Shown one piece after another: positions 18,149 to 27,683 of a stretch of DNA of 64,000 bases. The DNA is from Thermoanaerobaculia bacterium (GTDB lineage Bacteria > Acidobacteriota > Thermoanaerobaculia > Multivoradales > SZUA-115). The stretch's first letter is position 1, and each line of letters starts with the position of its first letter. The notes under the pieces are model-generated. The model was not told the origin of the DNA and made no database searches. It saw only the letters and a list, made by a program, of their open reading frames with translations. The stretch spans positions 64,034-128,033 of the forward strand of contig JBIOXV010000005.1 in NCBI GenBank assembly GCA_044869805.1. The letters are read 5' to 3'. A program made the translations under genes and the position numbers.

Positions 18149-19204
18149 TCAGCGATCCGCCTCCCGATGGGCCACGACCTCCTCCGTAGAGAGCCGGGGC
18201 TCCGCCGCTCGCCTGCGATCGCGGATACCAGGAAGCAGCTTCTCGCTCAGCGGGCGCGCACCAGGTTTCGCCAGGCGCGGATCCTCCCGCGTGCACAGGT
18301 AGACGCCCGCCAGCACCACGACGCCGCCCGCGACCCAGGCCGGCCCGGGCACGCGACCGAACCACAGCCACTCGAAGGCCACGGTGAGCGGCGCGTTGAG
18401 GAACACGAACGCCGCCGCGGTGGTGGCGGGCAGCCGCTTCAGGGCCTCGTACCACAGCCAGAAGGCGAGCACGGTGCAGGCCAGGGCGAGGAACAGCGCC
18501 GCCCCGTAGCGCTCGCCGCCCCAGGCGGCGAGCTTGGCGTGGAAGCCGCGGTCGAAGGCGGCGAGCGGCAGCGTCGGCAGGCTGGCGATCCCCAGCACGA
18601 GGAAATTCAGGTGCAAGGGCGAGAAGCGCCCGACCAGCGGCTTCGACAGCACGGTGTAGAAGGCCCAGGAGACCGGCGCGCCGAGCAGCACCAGGGCGTC
18701 ACGCAGGTAGGCGGGCTCGACCTTGCGCCCCGCGCCGTAGACCACCACCGTGTAGAGGCCGGCGCAGGCGAGCGCGATGCCCGCCGCCTTGCGCCAGGTC
18801 GGCCGCTCGAGGCCCACCAGCGCCGCGAGCACGAAGGTGAGCACCGGGTTGAGCACCGTGAACAGCGAGCCGGTGCCGGCCGGCACGCGGTGGTGCCCGA
18901 CCGCGAAGGCGAGGTTGTAGCCCCACACCGCGAGCAGGCCGAGCAGCACGGTGAGCGGCGCGTGGTGAGCGAGGATGTGCCGCGCCTCGCGCCGCGCCGC
19001 GCGGTGGCAAGCGAACCACAGCAGGCAGAAGACGGCCACCGGCGCGAAGCGGGCCTCGACGAATTCGAGCGGCCCCAGGCGCTCGGCCGAAGGCACGCCC
19101 TCGCCCACCAGCGCCCGCACGGCGATGAACGAGTTGGCCCAGATGACGAAGACGACGAGCAGGATGAGGAAGGCGGGTCGCATGGCGGCCGGGAGCCTAT
19201 CCAA
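18149..19204 (-). CDS. DMT-superfamily (EamA-type) transporter
   Basis: Ten predicted TM helices in two EamA-like halves. The true start may be M8 (MRPAFLILLVV). Confidence 0.75.
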   Translation of the reverse strand: MDRLPAAMRPAFLILLVVFVIWANSFIAVRALVGEGVPSAERLGPLEFVEARFAPVAVFCLLWFACHRAARREARHILAHHAPLTVLLGLLAVWGYNLAFAVGHHRVPAGTGSLFTVLNPVLTFVLAALVGLERPTWRKAAGIALACAGLYTVVVYGAGRKVEPAYLRDALVLLGAPVSWAFYTVLSKPLVGRFSPLHLNFLVLGIASLPTLPLAAFDRGFHAKLAAWGGERYGAALFLALACTVLAFWLWYEALKRLPATTAAAFVFLNAPLTVAFEWLWFGRVPGPAWVAGGVVVLAGVYLCTREDPRLAKPGARPLSEKLLPGIRDRRRAAEPRLSTEEVVAHREADR

Positions 19205-19252
19205 ATCGCTGCGAGGAGGCCGGGCGCTGCGCGCAGCCCCCTCCCAGCGATC

Positions 19253-19990
19253 TCACCGTACGCTGGCGAGCGGCAAAGCCGGTGCTGGAGGCGCGGTGAC
19301 CACGATGGTGTCCGCCATGTGGTCGTGGATGCAGCGGCGGTCGTCGCGGAAGAGGAAGAGCGAGTCCACCAGCCAGAAGACCGGTCCCACCAGCGGGATC
19401 ACCTGCAGGCCGGTGGGGAGAAGGAAGCGCAGGCCGACCAGCCGCCCCAGCGAGGCGGTCTCGCCGCTGGCGCGCACGATGCGGATGCCGACCGCTCGCT
19501 TGCCGAGCGTCTGGCCGCTCCTGGCGAGCAGCCGGAGCTGGACGAGGGCCAACGCCACCAGCCCCAGGAGCCCGAGCAGGATGAAGATCGCGCCTCGGCT
19601 GCTCACCTCTCGCTCACCGGCGCTCGTCACCGGCAGGAGCACGGCGAGGTAGGGGATCAGGAAGGCAAAGTTGTCGAGCAGCTTGGCCCCCAGCCGGGTC
19701 CCGCGCTCGGCCAGCTCGAGCTCACCGACCGACACCGGCGCCTGCCCCACGGCGGCGGTCGGAGGAGCATAAGGATTGAAGCGCGCACCGGAGCCTCCGA
19801 GGTCGGCCCGGATTTCCTCCGCGCCACGATAGGGGCTCTCCGGCGGTCTGCGAAAACGGGAGAACACGATGCCGCAGGCCAGGCACTCGTCGCTGTCCGG
19901 CGGCCGCGTGTAACCGCACTTTGGACACTTGTCGCCGGGCGCGGTCTCCACCTCGAGGTCCGGGGAAATGCCGCTCGAGGGTTGGATCAT
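19253..19990 (-). CDS. RDD-family membrane protein with N-terminal zinc ribbon
   Basis: CPKCGY...CLACG zinc ribbon, then an RDD-type core (GQTLGKRAVGIRIV) with TM helices. Confidence 0.7.
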   Translation of the reverse strand: MIQPSSGISPDLEVETAPGDKCPKCGYTRPPDSDECLACGIVFSRFRRPPESPYRGAEEIRADLGGSGARFNPYAPPTAAVGQAPVSVGELELAERGTRLGAKLLDNFAFLIPYLAVLLPVTSAGEREVSSRGAIFILLGLLGLVALALVQLRLLARSGQTLGKRAVGIRIVRASGETASLGRLVGLRFLLPTGLQVIPLVGPVFWLVDSLFLFRDDRRCIHDHMADTIVVTAPPAPALPLASVR

Positions 19991-20025
19991 GGCTCGTCCT
20001 CCGCGAGGGTTCTACTCATCAGACG

Positions 20026-21372
20026 CTAGAGTAGGCCGCAACGTTTAATCTCCAGGTAGCGGTTGACCATGGCGACCGGCAGCTTCTCGGGCTCGACGTC
20101 CAGGGTGAGGACGCCCAGGCCGCGCACCTGCTCGTGGGCGCGCTCGCGGGCCGCCAGGTACTGCCGGCAGGCGGCCACGAAGAGGGCGTCCTCGAGCTTT
20201 CCGATCGGCCCCGCCGCCGCGGCCGCGAGCGCCGACTCGCGCAGGCTGGCGAGCAGCACCAGGTGGCGCTGCGAGAGGAGCTTCAGGGCCGGCAGCAGCT
20301 CGCTCGCGTCCTCGTCGCGCAGGTTGGAGACCACCACTACCAGGGCGCGGCGGCGCTCGAGCGTCGCCAGCCGCACCGCCGCGGCCGCGTAGTCGGGCGG
20401 CTCCGCCGAGGTCTGGAGGTCGTAGACCGCGGCCAGCAGCCGCGCGATGGCCGCCGGCCCTTTGGCGGGCGGCACCCACCGCGGCTCGCCGCTGAAGGTG
20501 GCGAGGCCCACGGCGTCGCCGTAGCGCGTGGCGGCGTAGGCCAGCAGCAGCACGGCGTTGAGCGCGTGGTCGAAGTGGGCGAGGTCACCCTCGCGGGCGC
20601 GCATCCGGCGCCCGCAGTCGACCATGAACACCACCCGCTGGTCGGTCTCGTCGTGGAAGTCGCGGGTGATCGGCTTGCCGCGCCGCGAGGTCGCCTTCCA
20701 GTCGATCTGGCGCAGCGAGTCGCCCTGCCGGAAGTCGCGCAGCTCGCGGAACTCGCGGCCCTCGCCGCGGCGCTCGCGGTGGCGGATGCCCATCCGCGCC
20801 AGCCGGTCGTCGACCGCCAGGTGGGCGTAGCCGAGCAGGGGCCGGAAGTTGGGCAGCACCCGCACCACCTGCGCGGCCCCCGCCCACCTGCGGCGCCGCC
20901 ACAGGCCGAGGGGCGAGGCGAGCAGCAGCTCGGTGGCGCCGAAGGCGGCGTCGCCGCGCTCGAGGGGCCGCACCTGGTACTCGAGCTCGACCCATCCGCG
21001 GGCCGGCACCGCCGTCGCCCGCGGCAAGCCCTCGAGCTCGGAGGCGGGCGGGTAGTGATCGAAGACCGCGAGCGCCACCGGCCGCCGGCCGGGGTTGTCG
21101 ATCTTGAGCCGCACCCGGGTGGGCACCCCGAGGGGCACCGCCCCCGCCACCTGCCGCTCGACCCGGGGCGTGCGCGTGCGGCCCACCCACAGCGCGTCGG
21201 CGACGGCGAGCGCGGCCAGGGCGCCGCCGGCCGCCAGCCAGGCCGGCGCGAAGGGCGCGGGAGCGAACGCCGCCGCCAGCCCGGCGGCGAGCCAGACAGC
21301 GGCGCCCGCCAGGGCGCGCGGCGCAGGCGTCAGGGCCGGCCGGCCGGCCACGGCCGGCGCCACCGTGCTCAC
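20026..21372 (-). CDS. DUF58 domain protein (VWA-like, MoxR partner)
   Basis: FRELRDFRQGDSLRQIDWKATSRRGKPITRDF...VVFMVDCGRRM is the DUF58 signature. The GTG start overlaps the MoxR stop (GTGA). The Arg-rich N-terminal extension in the track is rejected. Confidence 0.8.
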   Translation of the reverse strand: MSTVAPAVAGRPALTPAPRALAGAAVWLAAGLAAAFAPAPFAPAWLAAGGALAALAVADALWVGRTRTPRVERQVAGAVPLGVPTRVRLKIDNPGRRPVALAVFDHYPPASELEGLPRATAVPARGWVELEYQVRPLERGDAAFGATELLLASPLGLWRRRRWAGAAQVVRVLPNFRPLLGYAHLAVDDRLARMGIRHRERRGEGREFRELRDFRQGDSLRQIDWKATSRRGKPITRDFHDETDQRVVFMVDCGRRMRAREGDLAHFDHALNAVLLLAYAATRYGDAVGLATFSGEPRWVPPAKGPAAIARLLAAVYDLQTSAEPPDYAAAAVRLATLERRRALVVVVSNLRDEDASELLPALKLLSQRHLVLLASLRESALAAAAAGPIGKLEDALFVAACRQYLAARERAHEQVRGLGVLTLDVEPEKLPVAMVNRYLEIKRCGLL

Positions 21373-22364
21373 TGGCGGGGCGCCTCCACCGCGGCGAGCA
21401 CGCCCTCGATCGCCCGCGCCGCGGTGTAGCCCTCGATCTCCATCTCCGGCGACACGATCACACGGTGCACGAGGGCCGCCGCCGCCAGCTCCTTGACGTC
21501 GTCGGGAACCACGAAGTCGCGGCCCGCGAGCACCGCCCGGGCACGCGCCGCGCGCACCAGGGCGATCGCCCCGCGCGGGCCGGCGCCGACCCGCAGGCCC
21601 GGCCACGAGCGGGTGGCGCGGGCGATCTTCACCGCGTAGTCGACGATGCGCTCGTCCACCTGCACCCGCGCCACGAGCTGCTGGATCGCCACCACCTCGG
21701 CCGGCGTGGTCACGGTGTCGACCGCCGAGACGTCGAGGCGGTCGCCCACCCGGCCGGCCGTCACCTGCCGTACCAGGGCCACCTCGTCGCTCTCGCTCGG
21801 GTAGTCGACAGCGATCTTGAGCAGGAAGCGGTCCACCTGCGCCTCGGGCAGCGGGTAGGTACCCTCCTGCTCGATCGGGTTCTGGGTGGCGAGGGTCATG
21901 AACGGCGGCGGCAGCAGGAAAGAGCGGCCCTCGATCGACACCTGCTGCTCCTGCATCACCTCGAGCAGGGCCGCCTGGGTCTTGGCCGGCGCGCGGTTGA
22001 TCTCGTCGGCCAGCAGCAGGTGGGTGAACACCGGCCCGCGGCGGATCTTGAACTCGCCGCTCTTCATGTCGAAGAGGGTGTGGCCGGTGATATCGGCCGG
22101 CATCAGGTCGGGGGTGAACTGGATGCGCGCGAACTGCCCGCCGAAGGTCTTGGCCAGGGCCAGCACCAGGAGCGTCTTGCCCAGGCCGGGCACGCCCTCG
22201 ACCAGCACGTGGCCGGCGGCGAGGAAGGCCACCAGCACCTGCTCCAGGGCCGCCTCCTGCGCCACTACCGCCTTCGCCACCTCCTGGCGCATGCGGGTGG
22301 CGACCGCCGCCGCCTGCTCGAAGCCGAGCTCCGTGGCCGCGCCGGCCGTCGCTTCGCTGCTCAT
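21369..22364 (-). CDS. MoxR-family AAA+ ATPase
   Basis: Walker A GVPGLGKT, Walker B LLADEINRA, and the MoxR C-terminal region. Start at MSSEATAG overlaps the upstream stop (ATGA). The 720-aa track ORF is a read-through artefact. Confidence 0.85.
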   Translation of the reverse strand: MSSEATAGAATELGFEQAAAVATRMRQEVAKAVVAQEAALEQVLVAFLAAGHVLVEGVPGLGKTLLVLALAKTFGGQFARIQFTPDLMPADITGHTLFDMKSGEFKIRRGPVFTHLLLADEINRAPAKTQAALLEVMQEQQVSIEGRSFLLPPPFMTLATQNPIEQEGTYPLPEAQVDRFLLKIAVDYPSESDEVALVRQVTAGRVGDRLDVSAVDTVTTPAEVVAIQQLVARVQVDERIVDYAVKIARATRSWPGLRVGAGPRGAIALVRAARARAVLAGRDFVVPDDVKELAAAALVHRVIVSPEMEIEGYTAARAIEGVLAAVEAPRQ

Positions 22365-23524
22365 AAGGGCCTCCGTAGGCGTTCCAGGGTCTCGATCATG
22401 CGCGTGAGGTCGTGCGGCCGCCCGGGCACGGCGCCGCCGAGCGCCCAGGCCACGGTCTCGCCCGGCAGCTCGGCGAGGGCGGCCAGCTTCTCCACCTTGG
22501 CACGGCTCGGCATCCTGGCGAAGCCCGGGAAGCGCACGCCGGCGCGCTTCAAGAGCGCCTGGCGCGAGCTCTCGACCAGCGAGCCGGCCTCGCCCTGCCG
22601 CCACAGGAACTCGGCCGAGGCGCGGATGTGCTCGATCAGGCTGCGGCGGGCGCGCGACGGGACGGGCAGCAGGGGCCCGAAGCGCGCTGCCCGCCGCCAC
22701 AGCCAGAAGGCGAGCAGCACGGCGCCGGCCGCCACCGCCCGCCAGCCGTGGCGCCAGAGCAGGGCGCCGAGCGTGGGGTACTGGAGCCACCGCACCAGGC
22801 GCGCGGACACCGGCTTGCCTGCCACGGTGACCGCCGACCAGAGGAAGGCGGCGTGCTCGTATTCGCCGAGCCTGGCGTTCGAAGGCAGGCCCGGGTCGGA
22901 GAGGATCGCCACCCAGCCGCTGCCGTGCGGCTTGCGGATCAGCAGGTGACCGTCCTCCCCGCCGGGGCCGGACACGAAGTAGTCGGGGTCGGCGGCGTCC
23001 GGCGCCGGTTCCTCGTCGTACTCGGGGACCAGCAGCCGGTCCGCAGCCGCGATCGCGACCTCGAAGCTCTCGCCGGGCCTCGCCTCCAGCCGCTGCGGGC
23101 GGCCGAGGAGCTCCCAGGGCTGGTCTTCGATCGGCTCCTCGACCTGCACGACACCGAGCAGGCTCAGGAGGACGGGATCGGGCGAGGCCAGGAGATAGCC
23201 GCCCTCTTCCGCCCAGGCCAGCACCTCGACGGCCCGCTCGTGCGACAGCATCGGCCGCTCCGCCATCAGCACCAGCAGCCCGCCGGGCGGCGGCAGGGGA
23301 TCGACCTCCTCGGCCGACTCGGATGGCACTCCCATCGCGGTCAGGAAGCGCTGCGCGGCCAGCAAAGGGTCGCGGCGCGCCGCCTGCGACCAGCCCGTGC
23401 GGACGGTGCGCTCCACCGGCTCGAAGAGGAGGAAGAAGGCCGCCACCCCGAGGGCGGCCAGCAGGCCGAGTGCCGGCATCGAGGAAAGGCGCAGGCGCGC
23501 AGCGCGTCGAGGTTTCACTGCCAT
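22361..23524 (-). CDS. DUF4350 domain protein
   Basis: N-terminal TM. Its position between the DUF4129 protein and MoxR matches the conserved cluster. Confidence 0.65.
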   Translation of the reverse strand: MAVKPRRAARLRLSSMPALGLLAALGVAAFFLLFEPVERTVRTGWSQAARRDPLLAAQRFLTAMGVPSESAEEVDPLPPPGGLLVLMAERPMLSHERAVEVLAWAEEGGYLLASPDPVLLSLLGVVQVEEPIEDQPWELLGRPQRLEARPGESFEVAIAAADRLLVPEYDEEPAPDAADPDYFVSGPGGEDGHLLIRKPHGSGWVAILSDPGLPSNARLGEYEHAAFLWSAVTVAGKPVSARLVRWLQYPTLGALLWRHGWRAVAAGAVLLAFWLWRRAARFGPLLPVPSRARRSLIEHIRASAEFLWRQGEAGSLVESSRQALLKRAGVRFPGFARMPSRAKVEKLAALAELPGETVAWALGGAVPGRPHDLTRMIETLERLRRPL

Positions 23525-23531
23525 CGTTCAC

Positions 23532-25037
23532 TCATCCCGCGGCACCGGGCCCGAAGTGACGGCCGTAGCCGGCGCAGAGCGCGAGCATCTCCTCGCCGGC
23601 GAGCGGCCGGTGGGCGTAGGCCACGCCTTGCCAGGCGCGGGTCAGGCGAGCCAGCTCCTCCGACGCCCCGCGCGAGAGCTGGCGCGCCAGCCGGCGCAGG
23701 CACTCGCCCTCGGTCCAGCTCGGCTCGATCTCCAGCCGGCGGCGCACGGCGAGCGTCGCGAGCGCGCCCCGGTAGAGGAGCGACAGCGCCTCGGCCACCC
23801 GCCCGGCCTCGTAGCGCTGCCAGGCCTCGGCCGCGACGTCGGCCGGCAGCGGCTCGGGAGCCGGCGCGGCGCCGGAGGTGATCGGCGAGGGCACGGGAAG
23901 CGAGCCCTGCGCCGGGCCGCCGTCCATCAGGCCACTCCTGCGCAGCGCGTAGATGGCGAGCGCCGCGACCCCGGCCCCGGCCAGCAGCCACAGCGCGCTC
24001 TCGGCGAGCGGCCCCAGCCAATCGAGCTCGAGGCCCGGGCCGTTCGAGCGCTGCTCGTCGCTCTCGAACCGCCACTTCCAGCGCCGCACCGTGCGCTCGC
24101 GGCCGAAGTCGGGTGCTTCGAGCACGCGGTCGATCGCCTCTTTGGGCGTAGGGTCCGCCCCGGCGGCCGCGGCCGGCAAGCCGATGGCGAGGAGCAGCAG
24201 CGCGGCGGCGATTCCTTGCCGCGTCTGGGCTTGCCGCGTCTGGGCCTGCCGTGCCCTGCCCCGCCGCCCGCCGCCGGCCTCGTCCCGCAGCCGCCGCGCG
24301 AGGCGGCGGAAGGCGATCTCCACGTCCCAGCCCTCGAGGTCGGTGCGCCGGTTGAGGTAGAGCGTGAAGCCCGCCGCCACGTAGAACGGCTCGATCACGG
24401 TGAGGGAGGCAAACCCCAGGAGGCCCCAGAGCAGGTGGTAGGCGAGCGGCGCCTCACCGCCGTCGAGGTAGGTCCTGAAGAGCAGGCCCCAGTCCGGAGA
24501 CAGGCCCTCCGGCACCATGATCATGACGAAGGCGAAGAAGGCGAAGAACAGCAGCACCTGGGCCACGATGCAGGCGAAGGTCAGCAGCATCGCCTCCAGG
24601 TGCCCGGAGCGGTTGAGCACGCTCTGGCGCTGCCAGCGGGCCCGGCCGCCGAGCTCCTCGAGCAGGCGCACCGGCAGGTGGAACGAGCGGGCCGGGTCGA
24701 GGCGCTCGAGGCCCAGGTAGGCGGGCGCAACCTTGAGCCACGACCGCAGCGCGGCGCCGAGCGTGCCGCGCAGCGTGGGCTTCTCTCCGAACAGCGCCCG
24801 GCTGACCACGTGCAGGGGGATCACGTCGAGCAGCGGCCGCAGCCACCAGAGGATGGCAAAGGCCACCAGCGGCGCGCCGCGGGCGGCGAGGAGCACGCCG
24901 AGCCACAGCGGAAAGCCGACGGCGAGCCACGGTCCCCAGATCCGCCGCCCCCACGCCTGCACCAGCGTCAGGCCGAGGTCGATGGCCTCCCAGGGGCGCC
25001 GCGGGCGGATGGCGGCCGCCACCCGCTCAAGGTCCAT
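23532..25037 (-). CDS. Polytopic membrane protein with C-terminal DUF4129 domain
   Basis: Several TM helices. C-terminal DUF4129-like motif (TEGECLRRLARQ...WQGVAYAHRP). Contains an in-frame tandem 15-nt repeat (QTRQA x2). Confidence 0.65.
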   Translation of the reverse strand: MDLERVAAAIRPRRPWEAIDLGLTLVQAWGRRIWGPWLAVGFPLWLGVLLAARGAPLVAFAILWWLRPLLDVIPLHVVSRALFGEKPTLRGTLGAALRSWLKVAPAYLGLERLDPARSFHLPVRLLEELGGRARWQRQSVLNRSGHLEAMLLTFACIVAQVLLFFAFFAFVMIMVPEGLSPDWGLLFRTYLDGGEAPLAYHLLWGLLGFASLTVIEPFYVAAGFTLYLNRRTDLEGWDVEIAFRRLARRLRDEAGGGRRGRARQAQTRQAQTRQGIAAALLLLAIGLPAAAAGADPTPKEAIDRVLEAPDFGRERTVRRWKWRFESDEQRSNGPGLELDWLGPLAESALWLLAGAGVAALAIYALRRSGLMDGGPAQGSLPVPSPITSGAAPAPEPLPADVAAEAWQRYEAGRVAEALSLLYRGALATLAVRRRLEIEPSWTEGECLRRLARQLSRGASEELARLTRAWQGVAYAHRPLAGEEMLALCAGYGRHFGPGAAG

Positions 25038-26023
25038 GCCGTCTCCCGCCCAGGAGGAGATAGGCGGCCACCAGCGCCCACAGGGCCGCGCCCACGCCGT
25101 AGCGCACGCCGGGAGCCAGGGTCACGGTCGACGACCAGAAGGCCTCGATGAAGGCCGCGATCAGCAGCATGATGGTGAGTCCGTAGAGCAGCGGCACGGC
25201 GCCGTGCGCCGCCTCGAGGATCGAACGGCCGCGCGTCAGGCGCCCCGGCGCCAGCAGGGCCAGGCCGAGGCGCAGGCCGGCGGCGCCGGCGAGCACGATC
25301 GCCGTCAGCTCGAAGGCACCGTGGGCGATCACGAACGGGTAGAAGGTCTCGCCCAGGCCAGCGTTGCCCAGGTGGCCGGCTACGGCGCCGATCACCAGGC
25401 CGTTGTAGACCAGGATGAAGACGGCGCCGATGCCCGCCACCAGACCGCTGGCGAAGGTACGGAAGGCGATCGAGATGTTGTTGTAGACGTAGCCGCCGAA
25501 CATGCCGAAGTCCGTCGCCGCCGGCCGCGACTCTTGCGACTCGGGGTCGTACATTTCCTCGAAGGCGGCGGTCTGCGCCGGGCCGAGAATCGAGTAGGCG
25601 AGGTCGGGCTCGAGCCGCACGCCGACCGCGGTGGCGAGCAAGGTGCCGAGGAAGAGCGCCGCGGCGACCCCCACCAGCTTCGCCTCCCGCCGCACGTGGC
25701 GTGGGAACTCGCGGGTGATGAAGCGCCCGATCCGCTCCCAGCTCGCGCCGCGGGCGCTCGCGTAGAGCTGCTGGTGGCCGCGCAGCGCCAGCCGGTTCAG
25801 GCGCTCCTCGAGGTCGCCGCCGTAGCGGCGGGCGCGCGCCAGCGCGAGCTGGTGGCAGAGCCGGCGATAGAGCTCGGGGAGCGCCGCCGCCGCGGCCTCG
25901 CCGGAAGCGGCACCACGGGTACCGCCGGCGGCGCGGGGCCTGCTGCCCTCCAGCCGGCTGAGCAGGGCCTCCAGCCGCTGCCAGCCGCCGGCGTGCCGCT
26001 CCACGAACTGGTCGCGGTTCAAC
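25027..26023 (-). CDS. Stage II sporulation protein M-like (DUF95) membrane protein
   Basis: SpoIIM/DUF95-type TM core (FITREFPRHVRREAKL...IAFRTFASGLVAGIGAVFILVYNGLVIG...). TTG start overlapping the RDD stop (TTGA) is proposed. The longer 583-aa track ORF has an Arg-rich artefactual N-terminus. Confidence 0.6.
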
Positions 26024-26726
26024 GCCGCCCCACCAGCCAGTTGGCGGCGCCGACGAGCCGCGCCAGGCCCTCGTCGCCGCGCGCGCCGGTCAACGGTGCG
26101 GCGAGGTCGGCGAGCTCCTGCGCCCGCTCTTCCGACCAGCGGGGAAGGCGGTGTGCGAAGTCGGTGATCGCCTTCTGCTCGGCGGCGGCCAACGGCACCG
26201 GCGGCGCCCAGGCGCGGGCACCGGCGAGCGGCGCCGGCGCAGCCTCGCGCTCCCGGTGCACCACAAGGGTGCCGGCGGCATGGTCGCCGAGCCGCTTGAA
26301 GTCGCGCGAGGCGAGCATCGAGAGCAGGCCGAGCCCATAGGCGACGGGCAGGAAGTCCGCGGCGAGCAGCAGATTGCGCAGCACAGAGGCGGTCCAGGAG
26401 ACGGGCGTACCGTCGTCGTGGAGGACCACCAGCCCCAGCGCGCGCTTGCCGGGCGTCGCGCCGGCCCACAGCACCTCGAAGAGCACGGGGTAGAACCACT
26501 CGCCCAGGAAGAGGAAGAGCAGAAAGAGTCCGCGGCCCACGTTGCCGAGCACCTCGAGAGCGGTGGCGAGCAGCGCGTAGCCCACCAGCCGGATCACCAG
26601 ATCGACGCCGCTGGCGAGCAGGCGCGCAGGGAACCCGGCGACCCGCAGACCCAGCTCGACGCCCTCCGGGGTCTCGATGGCGCGGTACGTATCCAACATA
26701 TTTTTCGAAGATCGTGACTCTAGCAC
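26019..26726 (-). CDS. RDD-family membrane protein
   Basis: RDD-type motif (LVIRLVGYALLATA...). First gene of the MoxR cluster. Confidence 0.7.
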   Translation of the reverse strand: MLESRSSKNMLDTYRAIETPEGVELGLRVAGFPARLLASGVDLVIRLVGYALLATALEVLGNVGRGLFLLFLFLGEWFYPVLFEVLWAGATPGKRALGLVVLHDDGTPVSWTASVLRNLLLAADFLPVAYGLGLLSMLASRDFKRLGDHAAGTLVVHREREAAPAPLAGARAWAPPVPLAAAEQKAITDFAHRLPRWSEERAQELADLAAPLTGARGDEGLARLVGAANWLVGRR

Positions 26727-26755
26727 CCCGCGATGTCAACGCCGCTCGCGGCTCT

Positions 26756-27604
26756 ATGATTGGCGCCTCCATGAGCACCGGCGGCGTGAGCGCGATCGAG
26801 GTCCGGGACCTCCGGAAGACCTACGCGGGAGGCGTCGAGGCTGTTCGCGGCATCTCCTTCTCCGTGCGCCAGGGCGAGGTATTCGGCCTGCTGGGACCGA
26901 ACGGTGCCGGCAAGTCGACGACCATCCGCATCCTCACCACCCTCGCGCACGCGACCGCCGGCAGCGCCCGGGTCGCCGGCTTCGACGTCGGGACCCAGGG
27001 CCGCGAGGTGCGGCGGGCGATCGGCTACGTGGCCCAGACCTCCGGGGTCGACGGCCTGGCGACCGGCCGCGAGAACCTGATGCTCCAGGGCCGTCTCTTC
27101 CACCTGCCGGCGGCCGAGATCGCCGCCCGCACGCGCAAGCTCCTGGCCCTCTTTCGACTCGACGACGCGGCCGACCGTTTAGCGCAGACCTACTCCGGCG
27201 GCATGAAGCGGCGCCTCGACGTGGCCATGGGCCTGATCCACCGGCCGCAGGTGCTGTTCCTGGACGAGCCCACCACCGGGCTCGACCCCGAGAGCGCCGG
27301 CTTCTCGAGCGCCTTGGCGCTCCTCACCCGCCGCCAGGAGATCATCATCGCCGCCTCCAACTTCACGCTCACGCCGATGATCTTCTCCTCGAGCATGCTG
27401 ATGTCCCAAGACCTGATGCCGGCCTGGCTCAAGGCCGTGGCGCGCATCAACCCCGTCGAGTGGGCGGTGATCGCGGCGCGCAACGGCTACGAAGGCCGCG
27501 CTCCCGGCCAGACCGCCTTCTTCCTGCTGCTCTCGGCCGGCTTCGCGCTAGCCTGCGGCGCCTTCGCCACGCGGGCCTTCGTGCGCTACCAGCGGTCGAT
27601 GTAG
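26756..27604 (+). pseudogene. ABC-transporter remnant: ATPase N-terminal half fused in frame to the C-terminal helices of an ABC-2 permease
   Basis: Walker A GPNGAGKST, signature YSGGMKRRLDVA, and Walker B VLFLDEPTTGLDPESAG are present. The D-loop, H-loop and C-terminal domain are missing. The sequence then continues directly into a permease C-terminus (PMIFSSSMLMSQDLMPAWLKAVARINPVEWAVIAARN...). Confidence 0.55.
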
Positions 27605-27683
27605 GGCCTCCGGAGACGAGGCTACGAACGAATGTGCTAGCGTTCGTTCTTTCGCGACAGATTTCCTCCCTACGGAGGTCACG

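Noticed and set aside
21369-23531. 720-aa MoxR ORF, and long N-terminal extensions on DUF58, DUF95, Crp and lepA
   Set aside because: The extensions are low-complexity Arg-rich read-through of the upstream gene in another frame. Internal starts that overlap the upstream stop codons fit the conserved domain boundaries.
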